The notes beneath the pieces are model-generated. The model was not told the DNA's origin and did no database searches. It saw only the letters and a list, made by a program, of their open reading frames with translations. Source: Nitrospirota bacterium (GTDB taxonomy: Bacteria > Nitrospirota > Nitrospiria > Nitrospirales > Nitrospiraceae). From it: a stretch of 64,000 nt of DNA. Where the stretch lies: contig CAVPBK010000005.1 in the NCBI GenBank assembly GCA_963701855.1, positions 1-64,000 on the forward strand, read 5' to 3'. Below are positions 45,293 through 55,739 of the stretch, piece after piece (the stretch's first letter is position 1; every line of letters begins with the position of its first letter). A program made the translations under genes and the position numbers.

Positions 45293-46258
45293 ATGATGCC
45301 TAACCCAGATCTCGTGGTTCAGACTGAGCAACTCTCTAAGATTTTTCGCGTGGGGTTCTGGGGCAAACGAGTAACCGCGGTGGAAGGCCTCAATCTCGAA
45401 GTCCGACGTGGGGAAGTATTCGGCTTTCTCGGCCCGAACGGCGCGGGGAAAACCACAACCCTCAAGATGTTGATGGGGCTGATCTACCCGACGAGCGGGC
45501 GGGCGCGGTTGTTTGGCCGAGATCTGGGAGATCCGCAGACCAAGGCCAGGCTGGGTTTTCTTCCGGAATCGCCCTACTTTTACGACTATCTCACGAGCCG
45601 GGAGTTTCTTGGATTCTACGGGCATTTATTCGGACTGTGGGGGGCGGTTCTGAATAAGCGGATCGACGAACTCTTGGAACTGGTTGGTATGACGCACGCC
45701 AAGGATCTCCAGCTCAGGAAGTTCTCAAAAGGCATGTTGCAGCGTGTGGGGGTTGCCCAAGCCTTGATTAACGATCCGGAGTTGGTGGTGTTGGACGAAC
45801 CCATGTCGGGACTGGATCCCATCGGGCGGAAAGAAGTGCGCGATCTAATTTTGCGCCTCAAGGAGTCTGGGAAGACGGTCCTGTTCAGCTCCCACATCTT
45901 GCACGATGCCGAAGTGTTGTGCGATCGGGTTGCAATGATCCTGAAGGGGCGCCTCGTGGCCTGTGGCCTAGTGACCGACTTGCTGGATCAAGGGGCGAGT
46001 CACCAAGTGGAATTGGTCGTGGATCGTCTGACCCCCGAAGGACTGGATCACTTACGTCCGCTTACCGACAAAGTCGTGATGCAAGGGGATCTGATGCTGG
46101 TGGTGCTGAAGAGTCAGCAACAGGTCGGGGGTGCGCTGGAGATTATCCGCACGGCGAAGGCCAGACTGGTGTCGCTCAATCCTCAGAAGGGGTCGCTGGA
46201 GGACCTCTTCATTCGTGAGGTCGAAGGACATCGGAGTTCAACGGAGAAGCGCACATGA
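45293..46258 (+). CDS. ABC transporter ATP-binding protein (pilus-associated)
   Basis: GPNGAGKTT, FSKGMLQR and LDEPMSGLDP. Confidence 0.93.
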   Translation: MMPNPDLVVQTEQLSKIFRVGFWGKRVTAVEGLNLEVRRGEVFGFLGPNGAGKTTTLKMLMGLIYPTSGRARLFGRDLGDPQTKARLGFLPESPYFYDYLTSREFLGFYGHLFGLWGAVLNKRIDELLELVGMTHAKDLQLRKFSKGMLQRVGVAQALINDPELVVLDEPMSGLDPIGRKEVRDLILRLKESGKTVLFSSHILHDAEVLCDRVAMILKGRLVACGLVTDLLDQGASHQVELVVDRLTPEGLDHLRPLTDKVVMQGDLMLVVLKSQQQVGGALEIIRTAKARLVSLNPQKGSLEDLFIREVEGHRSSTEKRT

Positions 46259-47017
46259 AAATCCTGTCGATCGGGCTGAATACCATTCAGGGAAAACTTG
46301 CGAGATAAGCTGCTCTACAATTTGCTCGTGTTTGCCCTGTTCATGATCGGCAGTTCTGTGATCCTGTCGCGGTTAACCTTGGGAGAATTCCACCGTCTCA
46401 TTCTGGATCTTGGGCTAGGGAGCATTAATTTCTTCGGGGTGTTGATTGCCATTTTTGTCGGGATTGGCCTGGTGAGCAAGGAAATCGAGAAGAAGACCAT
46501 CTACACAATTGTGTCCAAACCGGTGGCGCGATACCAATTTCTTCTCGGAAAGTATCTGGGCCTCACGATCACCCTGTTCGTCAATACGGTAGTCATGGCG
46601 CTGGGATTGTTGGTGGTGCTCTATGCTCAAGCGGTTCCCGTCGAAGGGATGCTCTTCAAGGCGCTGGCGCTGATTTTTGTCGAGTTCATGGTGATCACGG
46701 CGGTCGCCCTGTTGTTTTCTACGTTTACCAGCGCCACCCTGAGCGCCATATTCACGCTGGCGCTGTATGTGATTGGGCACCTCACGGCTGATCTGAAAAC
46801 ATTTGGCGCGAAGATGGATGATCTCAGTCGGGGGATCTTGGAGGGGATCTATTATCTCTTGCCCAACCTCGAGCGTTTCAACTTGAAGGGCCATGTCGTG
46901 CACCACCTGGAAGTAAGCGGTGCGGACCTGATGCTGATTATCGCCTACGGAGCGACGTATACGGCAGTGCTCCTCTTTACAGCCAGCCTTATTTTTCATC
47001 GGCGAGATTTCCGCTAA
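46255..47017 (+). CDS. ABC-2 permease (pilus-associated); 1-nt frameshift near 46288
   Basis: ATGA overlap with the ATPase gene, KEIEKKTIYTIVSKPVAR.QFLLGKYLG, TM helices and a terminal RRDF. Confidence 0.85.
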
Positions 47018-47137
47018 ACCAGCCGGCGGTTCTGATTCTCCACTTGCATTATGTCCAGGAGCCAGGTATTGAAGGGAGTGTTACGGCTGCTCTGTTAGTC
47101 CTTCGAGCGTTGAAATTCATACTGGAGGTCCGCGTCG

Positions 47138-48256
47138 ATGAATGTGCCGTTGCTTGATCTGAAAGCTCAATTCCAGCCCCTTCGTGCAGAGATCATGGCG
47201 GAGATACAGACTGTCTGTGACGAGCAGGGATTTATCCTGGGGCCGCGCATCGTAGCGTTCGAGGAATCTGTTGCCCGGTACATCGGCTCTCGCTACGCGA
47301 TCGGGTGCGCCTCCGGGAGCGATGCGCTGTTGCTCTCCCTCATGGCCATGGGAGTGAAGGCCGGCGATGAGGTCATCACCATTCCGTTCACATTTTTTGC
47401 CACGGCGGGTGCGGTTTCACGGTTGGGCGCGAAGCCGGTGTTTGTGGATATTCAGCCTGATACGTTCAATATCGATCCGGCACTCATTGAGCGAGCGATC
47501 ACGCCTCGTACGAAAGCCATCATTCCAGTTCACCTCTTTGGGCAATGTGCGGACATGGCTGCGATCAACGAGATTGCCAAGCGGAAGAAGATGTACGTTA
47601 TTGAGGATGCTTGCCAAGCCATTGGGGCGGCACAGCAAGAGAAACGCGCCGGGGTACTCGGCGACACCGGATGCTTTAGTTTTTTCCCCTCCAAGAATTT
47701 GGGAGGCTTTGGAGATGGGGGACTCATCACAACCGACGACAAAGCCCTTGCCGACTCCATGGCCATGCTCCGTGTTCATGGGAGCCGGGTCCGCTATCTC
47801 CACGAGGCGGTAGGGATCAATAGCCGGTTGGATGCGCTTCAGGCTGCCGTGCTCCAGGTCAAATTAAAGTATCTTGACCAGTGGGCCGAGGGGCGGCGGC
47901 GGAATGCCGAACGGTACCGGCAGTTGTTCGCACAGGCGAAGCTTGCAAATCGCGTGATATTGCCACCAACGGTGCCCGGAAATTTCCACGTCTATAACCA
48001 ATTCACTGTGCGTGTGCCGAAGCGCGATGAGTTGCGCGCCTTCCTCAAAGAAAAAGGTGTCGGCACGGAAGTGTACTATCCTCTCCCCATGCATCTCCAA
48101 AATTGCTATCGAGATTTAGGGCATCAGAAGGGAGCCTTCCCTGTGTCAGAACAGGCGGCTGAAGAGGTGATGTCTCTCCCAATCTACGCTGAGTTGACAG
48201 AACCGCAGCTGTCTTACGTCGTAGAGATGATTGCGGAGTTCTATCGGCGCGCCTAG
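47138..48256 (+). CDS. DegT/DnrJ/EryC1/StrS family sugar aminotransferase
   Basis: [34 protein letters not shown] and NSRLD. Confidence 0.93.
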   Translation: MNVPLLDLKAQFQPLRAEIMAEIQTVCDEQGFILGPRIVAFEESVARYIGSRYAIGCASGSDALLLSLMAMGVKAGDEVITIPFTFFATAGAVSRLGAKPVFVDIQPDTFNIDPALIERAITPRTKAIIPVHLFGQCADMAAINEIAKRKKMYVIEDACQAIGAAQQEKRAGVLGDTGCFSFFPSKNLGGFGDGGLITTDDKALADSMAMLRVHGSRVRYLHEAVGINSRLDALQAAVLQVKLKYLDQWAEGRRRNAERYRQLFAQAKLANRVILPPTVPGNFHVYNQFTVRVPKRDELRAFLKEKGVGTEVYYPLPMHLQNCYRDLGHQKGAFPVSEQAAEEVMSLPIYAELTEPQLSYVVEMIAEFYRRA

Positions 48257-48370
48257 CAGGATGTTGTAAAAGTCCGCCAGCAGAAGATTACCGTTATTTG
48301 GTTTATCCCGTTTGTTTGGTTAAACAAGACCAACCAGATGAACCAGATCAACCCGTCCCGCCAGTCTCGT
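48256..48370. repeat. Solo MITE left end plus 9-mer inverted repeat tract
   Basis: GCAGGATGTTGTAAAAGTCCGCCAGC, then TTTGGTTTA/TTTGGTTAA units facing AACCAGATG/AACCAGATC units. Confidence 0.55.
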
Positions 48371-48399
48371 TCAGCCATTCTACTAGAAAGAAGGAGGCC

Positions 48400-49401
48400 A
48401 TGATGAGGTCGCTAACGTGGGGGAGCCTGTTCGTGCTCTCCTTGATATGGAGCACTGCGGCCACTGGTAAGGAGTTATCGCCCCGTGAGATTTATGAACA
48501 AGCCTCCCCAGCTGTGGTGATGGTGATGGGGCATGCAGATGGTAGGGGGAAGGGGAGTGGCGGAACCGGTTCGATTATTCAGTCAGACGGACTGATTCTG
48601 ACGAATGCTCACGTTGTGATCGAGGAACAAACCGGGAAGCCCTTCGCCCGCCTGTCTGTGTTTCTCAAGCCGGCCCGAGTGATGGGAGAGTCAAAGAGCG
48701 ATCTCTCCCGTATGGTCCGCGCCAAGGTCGTAGCCTATTCACAGCCATTGGATCTTGCCTTGTTAAAGCTCGATGGCGTGACCGAACCGCTGTCTGTCGT
48801 CGATGTGAGTGAATCGGGGCGGGCTAGGATCGGGGATCGAGTGGTCGCCATCGGTCACCCGGAACAAGGTGGATTATGGACACTCACTACTGGGGTGATC
48901 AGCGCCGAAGTCGATAACTTCAATGGAGTCAAGGGAAAGCACGTGTTTCAAACAGAGACGGGTTTGAACCGTGGAAATTCAGGTGGGCCACTCTTAGATG
49001 GAGAGGGACGGATGATCGGTGTCAATACGGCTATTGCCCGTGTCGCCTCAGATGGCCTTCCGATCACGAGCATCAGTTTCTCGCTCAAGTCGAGTGTGGC
49101 CACACAATGGTTGCGGGAACAAGGCGTGGGGATACGAACTGGACAAGGAGCGTCTCTGCCCACTGGACAGAGGCAGTCAGCGATAGACCAACAACTGACC
49201 CCATCAGTCCAGCCCCAAGCCAAACCACCCCAGCCTCCTCAGTCTGATCTGCAGCTCAAGCAGATGGTGAAGCCCGAGGTGGTTCAGCCGGTTCCGGTTC
49301 GTCCATACAATCTCGATGAGTTGATCAGCGATCGTGCAAAGGCGGAAGCTGACCTCGATAGCATGATGTCGGAAATGCGAGGACGGATGAAGGGGCGATA
49401 G
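48400..49401 (+). CDS. Exported trypsin-like (S1C) serine protease without PDZ
   Basis: RBS AAGGAGG, signal peptide and catalytic triad TNAHV / DLALL / GNSGGP. Confidence 0.9.
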   Translation: MMRSLTWGSLFVLSLIWSTAATGKELSPREIYEQASPAVVMVMGHADGRGKGSGGTGSIIQSDGLILTNAHVVIEEQTGKPFARLSVFLKPARVMGESKSDLSRMVRAKVVAYSQPLDLALLKLDGVTEPLSVVDVSESGRARIGDRVVAIGHPEQGGLWTLTTGVISAEVDNFNGVKGKHVFQTETGLNRGNSGGPLLDGEGRMIGVNTAIARVASDGLPITSISFSLKSSVATQWLREQGVGIRTGQGASLPTGQRQSAIDQQLTPSVQPQAKPPQPPQSDLQLKQMVKPEVVQPVPVRPYNLDELISDRAKAEADLDSMMSEMRGRMKGR

Positions 49402-49469
49402 GCAGGAGCTGATGATTGTTAGCTGTGAGTCGAATACTCCACCCAGCTCAGGTATCTTCCCATCTTTTC

Positions 49470-51143
49470 CTATGTCGTAATAGCCCCTTCCGATGCCGAC
49501 GAGACGTGCCGCGCATACTTGCCCATCACGCCGGAGGTGTAGTGGGGTAACGGCTGTTTAACCTTCTTGAGCCGGGCCTTGATTTCTTTCTGCGAGAGTT
49601 CCACGTTCAGCATCCGTTTGGCGATATCGAAGATAATCATGTCGCCGTTCTTCACGGCGCCGATTGGGCCGCCCTTGATGGCTTCCGGTGCGACATGGCC
49701 GGCCATCAGGCCATGGGTGGCGCCGGAGAAGCGGCCGTCGGTGAGCAGCGCGACGGAGTCACCCAGGCCTGCACCGACGATGGCAGCGGTGACACCGAGC
49801 ATTTCTCTCATGCCCGGCCCTCCTGAGGGGCCTTCATACCGAATCACTACGACATCACCCGCTTTGATTTGATGGGATTGCACGGCGACAAAGGCGTCCT
49901 CTTCCCTGTTGTACACTTTGGCAGGGCCACGGAACGTCATAATCGAGTGTCCAGCCACCTTCACAACGCAGCCTTCGGGAGCCAGATTCCCCCGTAGAAT
50001 CACCATTCCACCGGTCTGCTTGATCGGATTTGACAAGGGCTTGAGAACTTGTTGCCCGGATGTTTCTTTCGCGGTCTTGGCCTCTTCCCCGATCGTCCGG
50101 CCGGTTACGGTCGGCTGGCTGGCGTGCAAGAGACCGGCATCGAGCAGCCGTTTGGCGACCAAGGTGGTCCCTCCCGCTGCGTAGAGATCCGAAGCCGTAA
50201 ATCGGCCTCCAGGCTTGAGATCGGCGAGTAATGGCACCTTCCGATTAATCTTGTCGAAGTCGTCGATGCTCAGTTTGATGTTGGCTTCGCGCGCGATGGC
50301 GAGCAGATGCAACACCGCATTCGTCGAGCCGCCGGTCGTCGCGACCGCGGCAATGGCATTTTCGAGCGATTTCCGCGTGATGATCTGGCGGGGCCGCAGG
50401 TCTTGCTTCAACAGATCCATGACCATCTTTCCACACTCGAACGCCACGTCATCCTTTCGCTGATCCATGGCCGGTACGCCGTTTCGTCCCATCGGCGAAA
50501 TGCCGAGGAACTCAAACGCGATCGCCATGGTGTTAGCTGTGAACTGACCCCCGCAGGCGCCGGGGCCTGGGCAGGCATGGTCTTCGAGATCTTTGAGTTC
50601 AGCAGCAGTCATCTTGCCGGACGCATGTTTTCCGACCGCTTCGAACACATCTTGAATGGTCACGTCGTGGCCTTGGAACTGCCCCGGCATGATCGAGCCG
50701 CCGTAGAGCATGACCGACGGCAGGTTCAGGCGAGCGAGGGCCATCACGGTGCCGGGAATCGTTTTGTCGCAGCCTGACAATGCCACTACACCGTCAAACA
50801 AGTGTCCACGAGCCACGAGCTCGATCGAATCGGCAATCACTTCCCGACTGATCAACGAAGCCTTCATCCCCTCGGTCCCCATCGAAATGCCATCCGACAC
50901 CGCGATGGTGTTGTACTCGATGGGAGTGCCGCCCGCAGCTCTGATACCGGCTTTCACCCTCTCCGACAAGCGGCGCAGGTGGAAGTTGCAGGGCATGACC
51001 TCGATCCATGTGTTGGCGACGCCGATGATCGGGCGAGACAAATCCTCGTCGGTGAATCCAACGGCTTTCAACATCGCGCGGGCCGGCGCTCGATCTGGAC
51101 CGACCAGCAAATCATGGCTCATGAGTTTCAGCTCTTTCGGCAT
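49470..51143 (-). CDS. ilvD: Dihydroxy-acid dehydratase
   Basis: [36 protein letters not shown] and TDGRFSG. Confidence 0.96.
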   Translation of the reverse strand: MPKELKLMSHDLLVGPDRAPARAMLKAVGFTDEDLSRPIIGVANTWIEVMPCNFHLRRLSERVKAGIRAAGGTPIEYNTIAVSDGISMGTEGMKASLISREVIADSIELVARGHLFDGVVALSGCDKTIPGTVMALARLNLPSVMLYGGSIMPGQFQGHDVTIQDVFEAVGKHASGKMTAAELKDLEDHACPGPGACGGQFTANTMAIAFEFLGISPMGRNGVPAMDQRKDDVAFECGKMVMDLLKQDLRPRQIITRKSLENAIAAVATTGGSTNAVLHLLAIAREANIKLSIDDFDKINRKVPLLADLKPGGRFTASDLYAAGGTTLVAKRLLDAGLLHASQPTVTGRTIGEEAKTAKETSGQQVLKPLSNPIKQTGGMVILRGNLAPEGCVVKVAGHSIMTFRGPAKVYNREEDAFVAVQSHQIKAGDVVVIRYEGPSGGPGMREMLGVTAAIVGAGLGDSVALLTDGRFSGATHGLMAGHVAPEAIKGGPIGAVKNGDMIIFDIAKRMLNVELSQKEIKARLKKVKQPLPHYTSGVMGKYARHVSSASEGAITT

Positions 51144-51214
51144 GCCATCTCCCAGACCTTCGTTCTCAGTCCTTGGAACTTCTCAACGTATCCTGCCCCG
51201 TTTCTTGGATTGCA

Positions 51215-51835
51215 CTACTGTACGGACATGCTTGAAGGAGGCGCCGGCGGTGCAGCATCGCCACCCCGATGCGGATTGTCTTTCATTGCGCCGCCATGAG
51301 GGTTGCTGTAACCCTTGCCGGCATCCTTGTGTTGCTGCAGCGCTTTCTCATGCTCGATCTTTTCTTTCGCGCGCTGTTCCGGAGTCAGGAGGGCGTACAC
51401 ATCCCGACGAGCCTTGATGGAGGTCATGCGTAAGCCGACTTGAAGGTCTGCGCTCTGTTTCAGCTTGGCTTCGATCGCTCCCAGATCAGACTTCTCTTCC
51501 TCGGTCAGGGATTTCAACTCTCGTTCCGCGACCTGGATATCGGCCTCGGTCTTGATACGGGTCTTGTCCAGAGTGAGTTGCATATCTTTGAGTTTCGTGA
51601 CTTGCTCCGCAGTGAGCCCGATGTCTTGTTCGTGCTTGAGCAAATGCCGAATCAGGTGGCCGGTGCTGTTATGCATCATGCTCCCGCCATGTCCGCCCAT
51701 CGAGCTATGCCCGCCGCCTCCGTGTCCTTCCTTACCGTAGCCTGGCTCATTGGCCCAGACCGTAGACATCCCAACGGTCAGCGCGAATACAGATGCGACG
51801 CCTAGCGTCATGATGGCTCGTGTTCCCTGCTTCAT
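51215..51835 (-). CDS. Periplasmic Spy/CpxP/ZraP-like protein, His-rich
   Basis: Signal peptide, G/H/M-rich N-terminus and LTAEQ / LTPEQ motifs. Confidence 0.8.
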   Translation of the reverse strand: MKQGTRAIMTLGVASVFALTVGMSTVWANEPGYGKEGHGGGGHSSMGGHGGSMMHNSTGHLIRHLLKHEQDIGLTAEQVTKLKDMQLTLDKTRIKTEADIQVAERELKSLTEEEKSDLGAIEAKLKQSADLQVGLRMTSIKARRDVYALLTPEQRAKEKIEHEKALQQHKDAGKGYSNPHGGAMKDNPHRGGDAAPPAPPSSMSVQ

Positions 51836-52127
51836 ACTTGCCTCCTTAGGTTGAACCGAATGAAGACGTCTGACTCCATGATGACGAGCATCCTAGTAAT
51901 CCCTGCTCGTTCTTTAGCCTATTGAACAAAAAAAGTACTCGTGTGTGTCCGGCAGCAGCCCGATCACGCAGAGCATAATTTTTTCCACAAGCAAAGGTAG
52001 CTTGCCAGATCGATCAACACAACGCAAGCCAACAACACAACTCGATGAGCCCACGAACAGGCTGCACCGCCAGCGACGTAATGGCAGAGTGGCGCGCGAT
52101 AAGCGCAAGGAGCGTGACTCACTGGAG

Positions 52128-53159
52128 TTAGGGTCGTGATCGGCGTTGGGCCTGGGCGAGCAGCTCGGCACGCGGGTCCTGATGCGCAATAGCCCTGAGT
52201 TGGTCGTACAGTTTTCGCTCCTCATCCGTCAAGGAGGGGGGCATCACAATCTGGATCGTCAAGAAAAGATCGCCGTGGCCGCCGGCTGCAGCAGGAAGAC
52301 CCTTGCCCTTCAGACGAAGCTTACTGTCAGCCCGGCTCCCTGGTGGAACTTTCACCCGGACCGGTTCCATCAGCGTCGGAGCCATCACATCGGCACCCAA
52401 GGCTGCTTCCCAGGGAAAGACAGGAAGGGACACATGAATGTCGCTTCCCTGTCGGCGAAAGACGTTGTCCGGAGCGATCACGACGCGCAGATACAAATCA
52501 CCGGGCTTGCCGCCGTTGGTGCCGGCTTGGCCCTTGCCGGCTACGCGCACCCTCGTTCCATCCTGGACCCCGGCGGGGATTCGAACTTCAATCGTATGGG
52601 GATGCAGCGTGGTGCCCTGCCCCTGACAGGCTGGACAGTGTCGTCCACGAAAGGCTCCGCTCCCGTGGCAGGTGGAGCAGGGTATGGGCTCTTGCAAGGT
52701 GACGCGTTTCATTACCCCGGCGAACACTTCGGCCAGCGTCAGCTGCGCCTCTGTTTCAAGGTCCTCGCCCTGTATGGCAAATCCTCGGCCATTGCCGGCT
52801 CGCTCTCGCCCTTTGAACAGGTTCTCGAAGATGTCGGAAAAGCCTTCTCCCCCGAACGAAGTCGCCGGGCCATTTCCCCCACGAGGACCAGCTTGCCGAC
52901 GCGCCTGTTCGTAGGCCTCGGCTTGTTCCCAGTTGTCGCCATATTGATCGTATTTTTTCCGGTTACCCGGATCGCCCAGGACTTCGTGCGCGGCGTTCAA
53001 CTCCTTGAATTTTTTTTCCATCTCGGATTTCTTGGCGCCGCTATGCATGTCGGGATGGAATTGGCGCGCAAGGCGGCGGTAGGCCTTCTTGATATCATCC
53101 GCCGAGGCAGACTTGGGAAGACCGAGAATCTGATAGTAGTCGCGTTGTGTTGTTGCCAT
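52128..53159 (-). CDS. DnaJ-class chaperone (CbpA-like) with short Zn finger
   Basis: J domain with HPD, two CxxCxGxG motifs and a DnaJ C-terminal domain. Confidence 0.9.
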   Translation of the reverse strand: MATTQRDYYQILGLPKSASADDIKKAYRRLARQFHPDMHSGAKKSEMEKKFKELNAAHEVLGDPGNRKKYDQYGDNWEQAEAYEQARRQAGPRGGNGPATSFGGEGFSDIFENLFKGRERAGNGRGFAIQGEDLETEAQLTLAEVFAGVMKRVTLQEPIPCSTCHGSGAFRGRHCPACQGQGTTLHPHTIEVRIPAGVQDGTRVRVAGKGQAGTNGGKPGDLYLRVVIAPDNVFRRQGSDIHVSLPVFPWEAALGADVMAPTLMEPVRVKVPPGSRADSKLRLKGKGLPAAAGGHGDLFLTIQIVMPPSLTDEERKLYDQLRAIAHQDPRAELLAQAQRRSRP

Positions 53160-53312
53160 GGGAGTGAAGATACGGTTGTTTCAGCACAGGCTAATTATCG
53201 AGCATGCAGCTTACGGGGTCAGAGATGACTTTTCAAGAGCAGGAGCGTATGGCATATAGCGGTTAAGTAGGCCCGAAAGGAAAATTCTGACGGGATCTCC
53301 TTCTATTAGCTA

Positions 53313-54248
53313 TCAGCTCTTCGCTGCGCCCGCTCTCGCCATCATTTTGCAGTAGGAGCAGACCTCTGCGGTGGTGGGCTGCTTACAAGACGTGCAAGGG
53401 TGGAGAACGGCCCGGTCTTTTTCTGCCATGGTAGTCGCCGTGGGCTGTTTTTTGCGTTGCTTCTCAAGAAAGCCCCAGTAGAAGGTCTGCTTCGTGCCCG
53501 GCGACTCCGTCTCCAGACGATTCAAGACCTCCTTGTACTGGAGCATCTTAGAGCCCTTCGCCATGGGGCATTCCTCGACGATATAATCGATTCGGTTCAG
53601 CACCGCATAAGCCGCCAGTTCTCGTTCCGAGAGCCGGTAGAGGGGCTTCACCTTTTTGGCAAAACCTTCTACCGAAGCCGGCAACGACGGGCTCTGCTTA
53701 TCCAGATATTCCTCCTGCCAATGCAGCACGTTGCCCAGGAGCCGGGCCGCTTCGTCATCGAGGTTGTGGCCCGTGGCCATCACATCGTATTGCTGTTCGA
53801 TGGCCACGCGATTGAATTGGTAGCGTTTGATGGTGCCGCAAGTCGAGCAGGTTGGACGATGGATCAACTGAGCCAGTTCCTTGATCCCCGCACCGGCCTC
53901 CTGTTCGACCGTGTGGAGATGCAGCGTGGCTCCATGTGAGGCAGCAACCGCCTCGGCAAACTTCGTCACCTTGGCGTGCGACTGCTCAGAGTAGGCCCCG
54001 ATACCGAGGTTCACGTAGAGCGCGTCGGCGCGATAACCGAGCTTGAGTAGAATGTCCCAGAGCGCCAGACTGTCCTTCCCGCCGGACACTGCCACGAGGA
54101 TTCGGTCTTCCTTTCCGAACATCCACTCCGACTTGATCGCCCGCGCCACCTGATCGTGGACGAAGCCGTTGAAGCAGTTCTTGCAGAAAGCCGCATTGTG
54201 GCGAGGGAGGCCAATCACCGCTTTGGTCTTACATTTGGTGCAATTCAT
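53313..54248 (-). CDS. ttuA: tRNA 2-thiolation enzyme (TtuA/Ncs6-like)
   Basis: Terminal Zn fingers, SGGKDS PP-loop, CSTCG and GHNLDD. Confidence 0.8.
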   Translation of the reverse strand: MNCTKCKTKAVIGLPRHNAAFCKNCFNGFVHDQVARAIKSEWMFGKEDRILVAVSGGKDSLALWDILLKLGYRADALYVNLGIGAYSEQSHAKVTKFAEAVAASHGATLHLHTVEQEAGAGIKELAQLIHRPTCSTCGTIKRYQFNRVAIEQQYDVMATGHNLDDEAARLLGNVLHWQEEYLDKQSPSLPASVEGFAKKVKPLYRLSERELAAYAVLNRIDYIVEECPMAKGSKMLQYKEVLNRLETESPGTKQTFYWGFLEKQRKKQPTATTMAEKDRAVLHPCTSCKQPTTAEVCSYCKMMARAGAAKS

Positions 54249-54251
54249 GGG

Positions 54252-54336
54252 CTGGTTTCTCTGGTTAGTTTGGTCTGTCTGGTTTATTTGGTTTGGACGA
54301 GATCAACCAGAAAAACCAAACAAACTAGATGAACCG
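54252..54336. repeat. Hairpin built from degenerate 9-bp tandem units
   Basis: CTGGTTTCT CTGGTTAGT TTGGTCTGT CTGGTTTAT TTGGTT, then AACCAGAAA AACCAAACA AACTAGATG AACC. Confidence 0.7.
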
Positions 54337-54339
54337 TCT

Positions 54340-54534
54340 TCATCCTCCGGAGATCACTGGTCTGATTTCGATCTGATCGCCGTCGTACAGCATTTCGTCT
54401 TCCGTCACCAGATCGTCGCCTTTGATCACGAGATGCGCTTCGACGACGAGGCTCAACTCGCGCAGGAGGTCTCTGACTTTCTTGGGGCCTTTGACTTCGA
54501 CGGTTCTGGCTGGATGGCTCAGCTGGACTTGCAT
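54340..54534 (-). CDS. Ubiquitin-like sulfur carrier (TtuB/ThiS/MoaD family)
   Basis: 64 aa with C-terminal ISGG, directly upstream of ttuA. Confidence 0.88.
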   Translation of the reverse strand: MQVQLSHPARTVEVKGPKKVRDLLRELSLVVEAHLVIKGDDLVTEDEMLYDGDQIEIRPVISGG

Positions 54535-54616
54535 GGGAGGATGATAAGGCCGGCGTTGGCAAGATTGCAAGAAAGCCGTCAGCACCGGACCTTGAATCGT
54601 TTCGCAGATGAACGCT

Positions 54617-55621
54617 TTATATTTCTGCTTCCCGCAGAAACTTCGCCGATTCTTCCGGCGCCACTGGATTGATGTAGAATCCTGTGCCCCATTCGAAGCC
54701 AGCCACTAGGGTCAGTTTCGGAATGATTTCGATGTGCCAGTGGTAGAAATCTCCGGTTTTCTCGTGGAGGGGAGAGCTATGGAGGATAAAGTTGTAGGCA
54801 GGTTTTGCAAGGACCTTGTTCATCCGTCGGAGCGCTTCAGAAAGAATCGGCGCGAGGAACTCGAATTGTAGCTTCTGGCTCTCTTCGAAGTAGCCGGCGT
54901 GGCGTTTAGGGAGAATCCACATTTCAAAGGGAAAGCGCGGAGCATACGGAGTGACGCAGAGGAACTCGGGATTTTCAGCCACGATGCGGTTGCCGTCAGA
55001 GAGCTCCTGCCGGAGAATATCGCAATAGATGCAGCGTTCTTTCTGAAAATAATGAGCCCGGCAGCCATTGATCTCCTCCTGGACGCTGGTGGGGATGATC
55101 GGCAGGGCGATGAGTTGTGAGTGGCTGTGCTCCAGCGTCGCGCCGGCTGGGTTGCCGTGGTTCTTGAAAATAAGGATGTACCGGAATCGCGCGTCTTTCT
55201 TCAGGTCGATCATGCGATCGCGATAGGCCCACAGCACATCCTCGACCCGCTTCGTCGGCATGTCGGCCAGGCTATCTGCGTGGTTCGGGGTCTCGATGAT
55301 GACTTCATGTGCGCCGATCCCATTCATGTGATCGTAGAGGCCGAGGCCTTGGCGGTCGAGGTCGCCTTCGATCTGGAGTGCAGGGAACTTATTCGGCACG
55401 ACACGCACGGTCCAGTTCTGGCTGTTGGGCGCCACCGGCTGTGGCCGGTAGGCCATGATTTCTTTCGGCGTCAGTCGCTCTTGTCCTGGGCAAAAGGGGC
55501 AGAGGGCTGCGGCTAAAGGTTTGGTACCTTGCAGGGGCATGAAATCGTGAGGCCGACCTTTCCGTTCCGTCGAAATAATCACCCACCGACCGACAATCGG
55601 ATCACGGCGCAAATCAGGCAT
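54617..55621 (-). CDS. galT: Galactose-1-phosphate uridylyltransferase family
   Basis: CPFCPG, NKFPAL, HEVIIE and GATLEHSHSQ. Confidence 0.9.
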   Translation of the reverse strand: MPDLRRDPIVGRWVIISTERKGRPHDFMPLQGTKPLAAALCPFCPGQERLTPKEIMAYRPQPVAPNSQNWTVRVVPNKFPALQIEGDLDRQGLGLYDHMNGIGAHEVIIETPNHADSLADMPTKRVEDVLWAYRDRMIDLKKDARFRYILIFKNHGNPAGATLEHSHSQLIALPIIPTSVQEEINGCRAHYFQKERCIYCDILRQELSDGNRIVAENPEFLCVTPYAPRFPFEMWILPKRHAGYFEESQKLQFEFLAPILSEALRRMNKVLAKPAYNFILHSSPLHEKTGDFYHWHIEIIPKLTLVAGFEWGTGFYINPVAPEESAKFLREAEI

Positions 55622-55739
55622 CTTTATCCTCCAAACTCATGAATCGTCAAACGTGGGATGTAAAAGGTGAAACGTGAGGCGCCGGATTTAAGAAGGCAAT
55701 CTTTGTCCCAGCGCTGTTTCGTTTCACGTTTCCTACCCA

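Noticed and set aside
52146..53228. 360-aa plus-strand ORF
   Set aside because: Antisense to the DnaJ-class gene, with no recognisable motifs.
48295..54336. CRISPR array
   Set aside because: The short repeats are degenerate 9-mers without unique spacers, and no cas genes are present.
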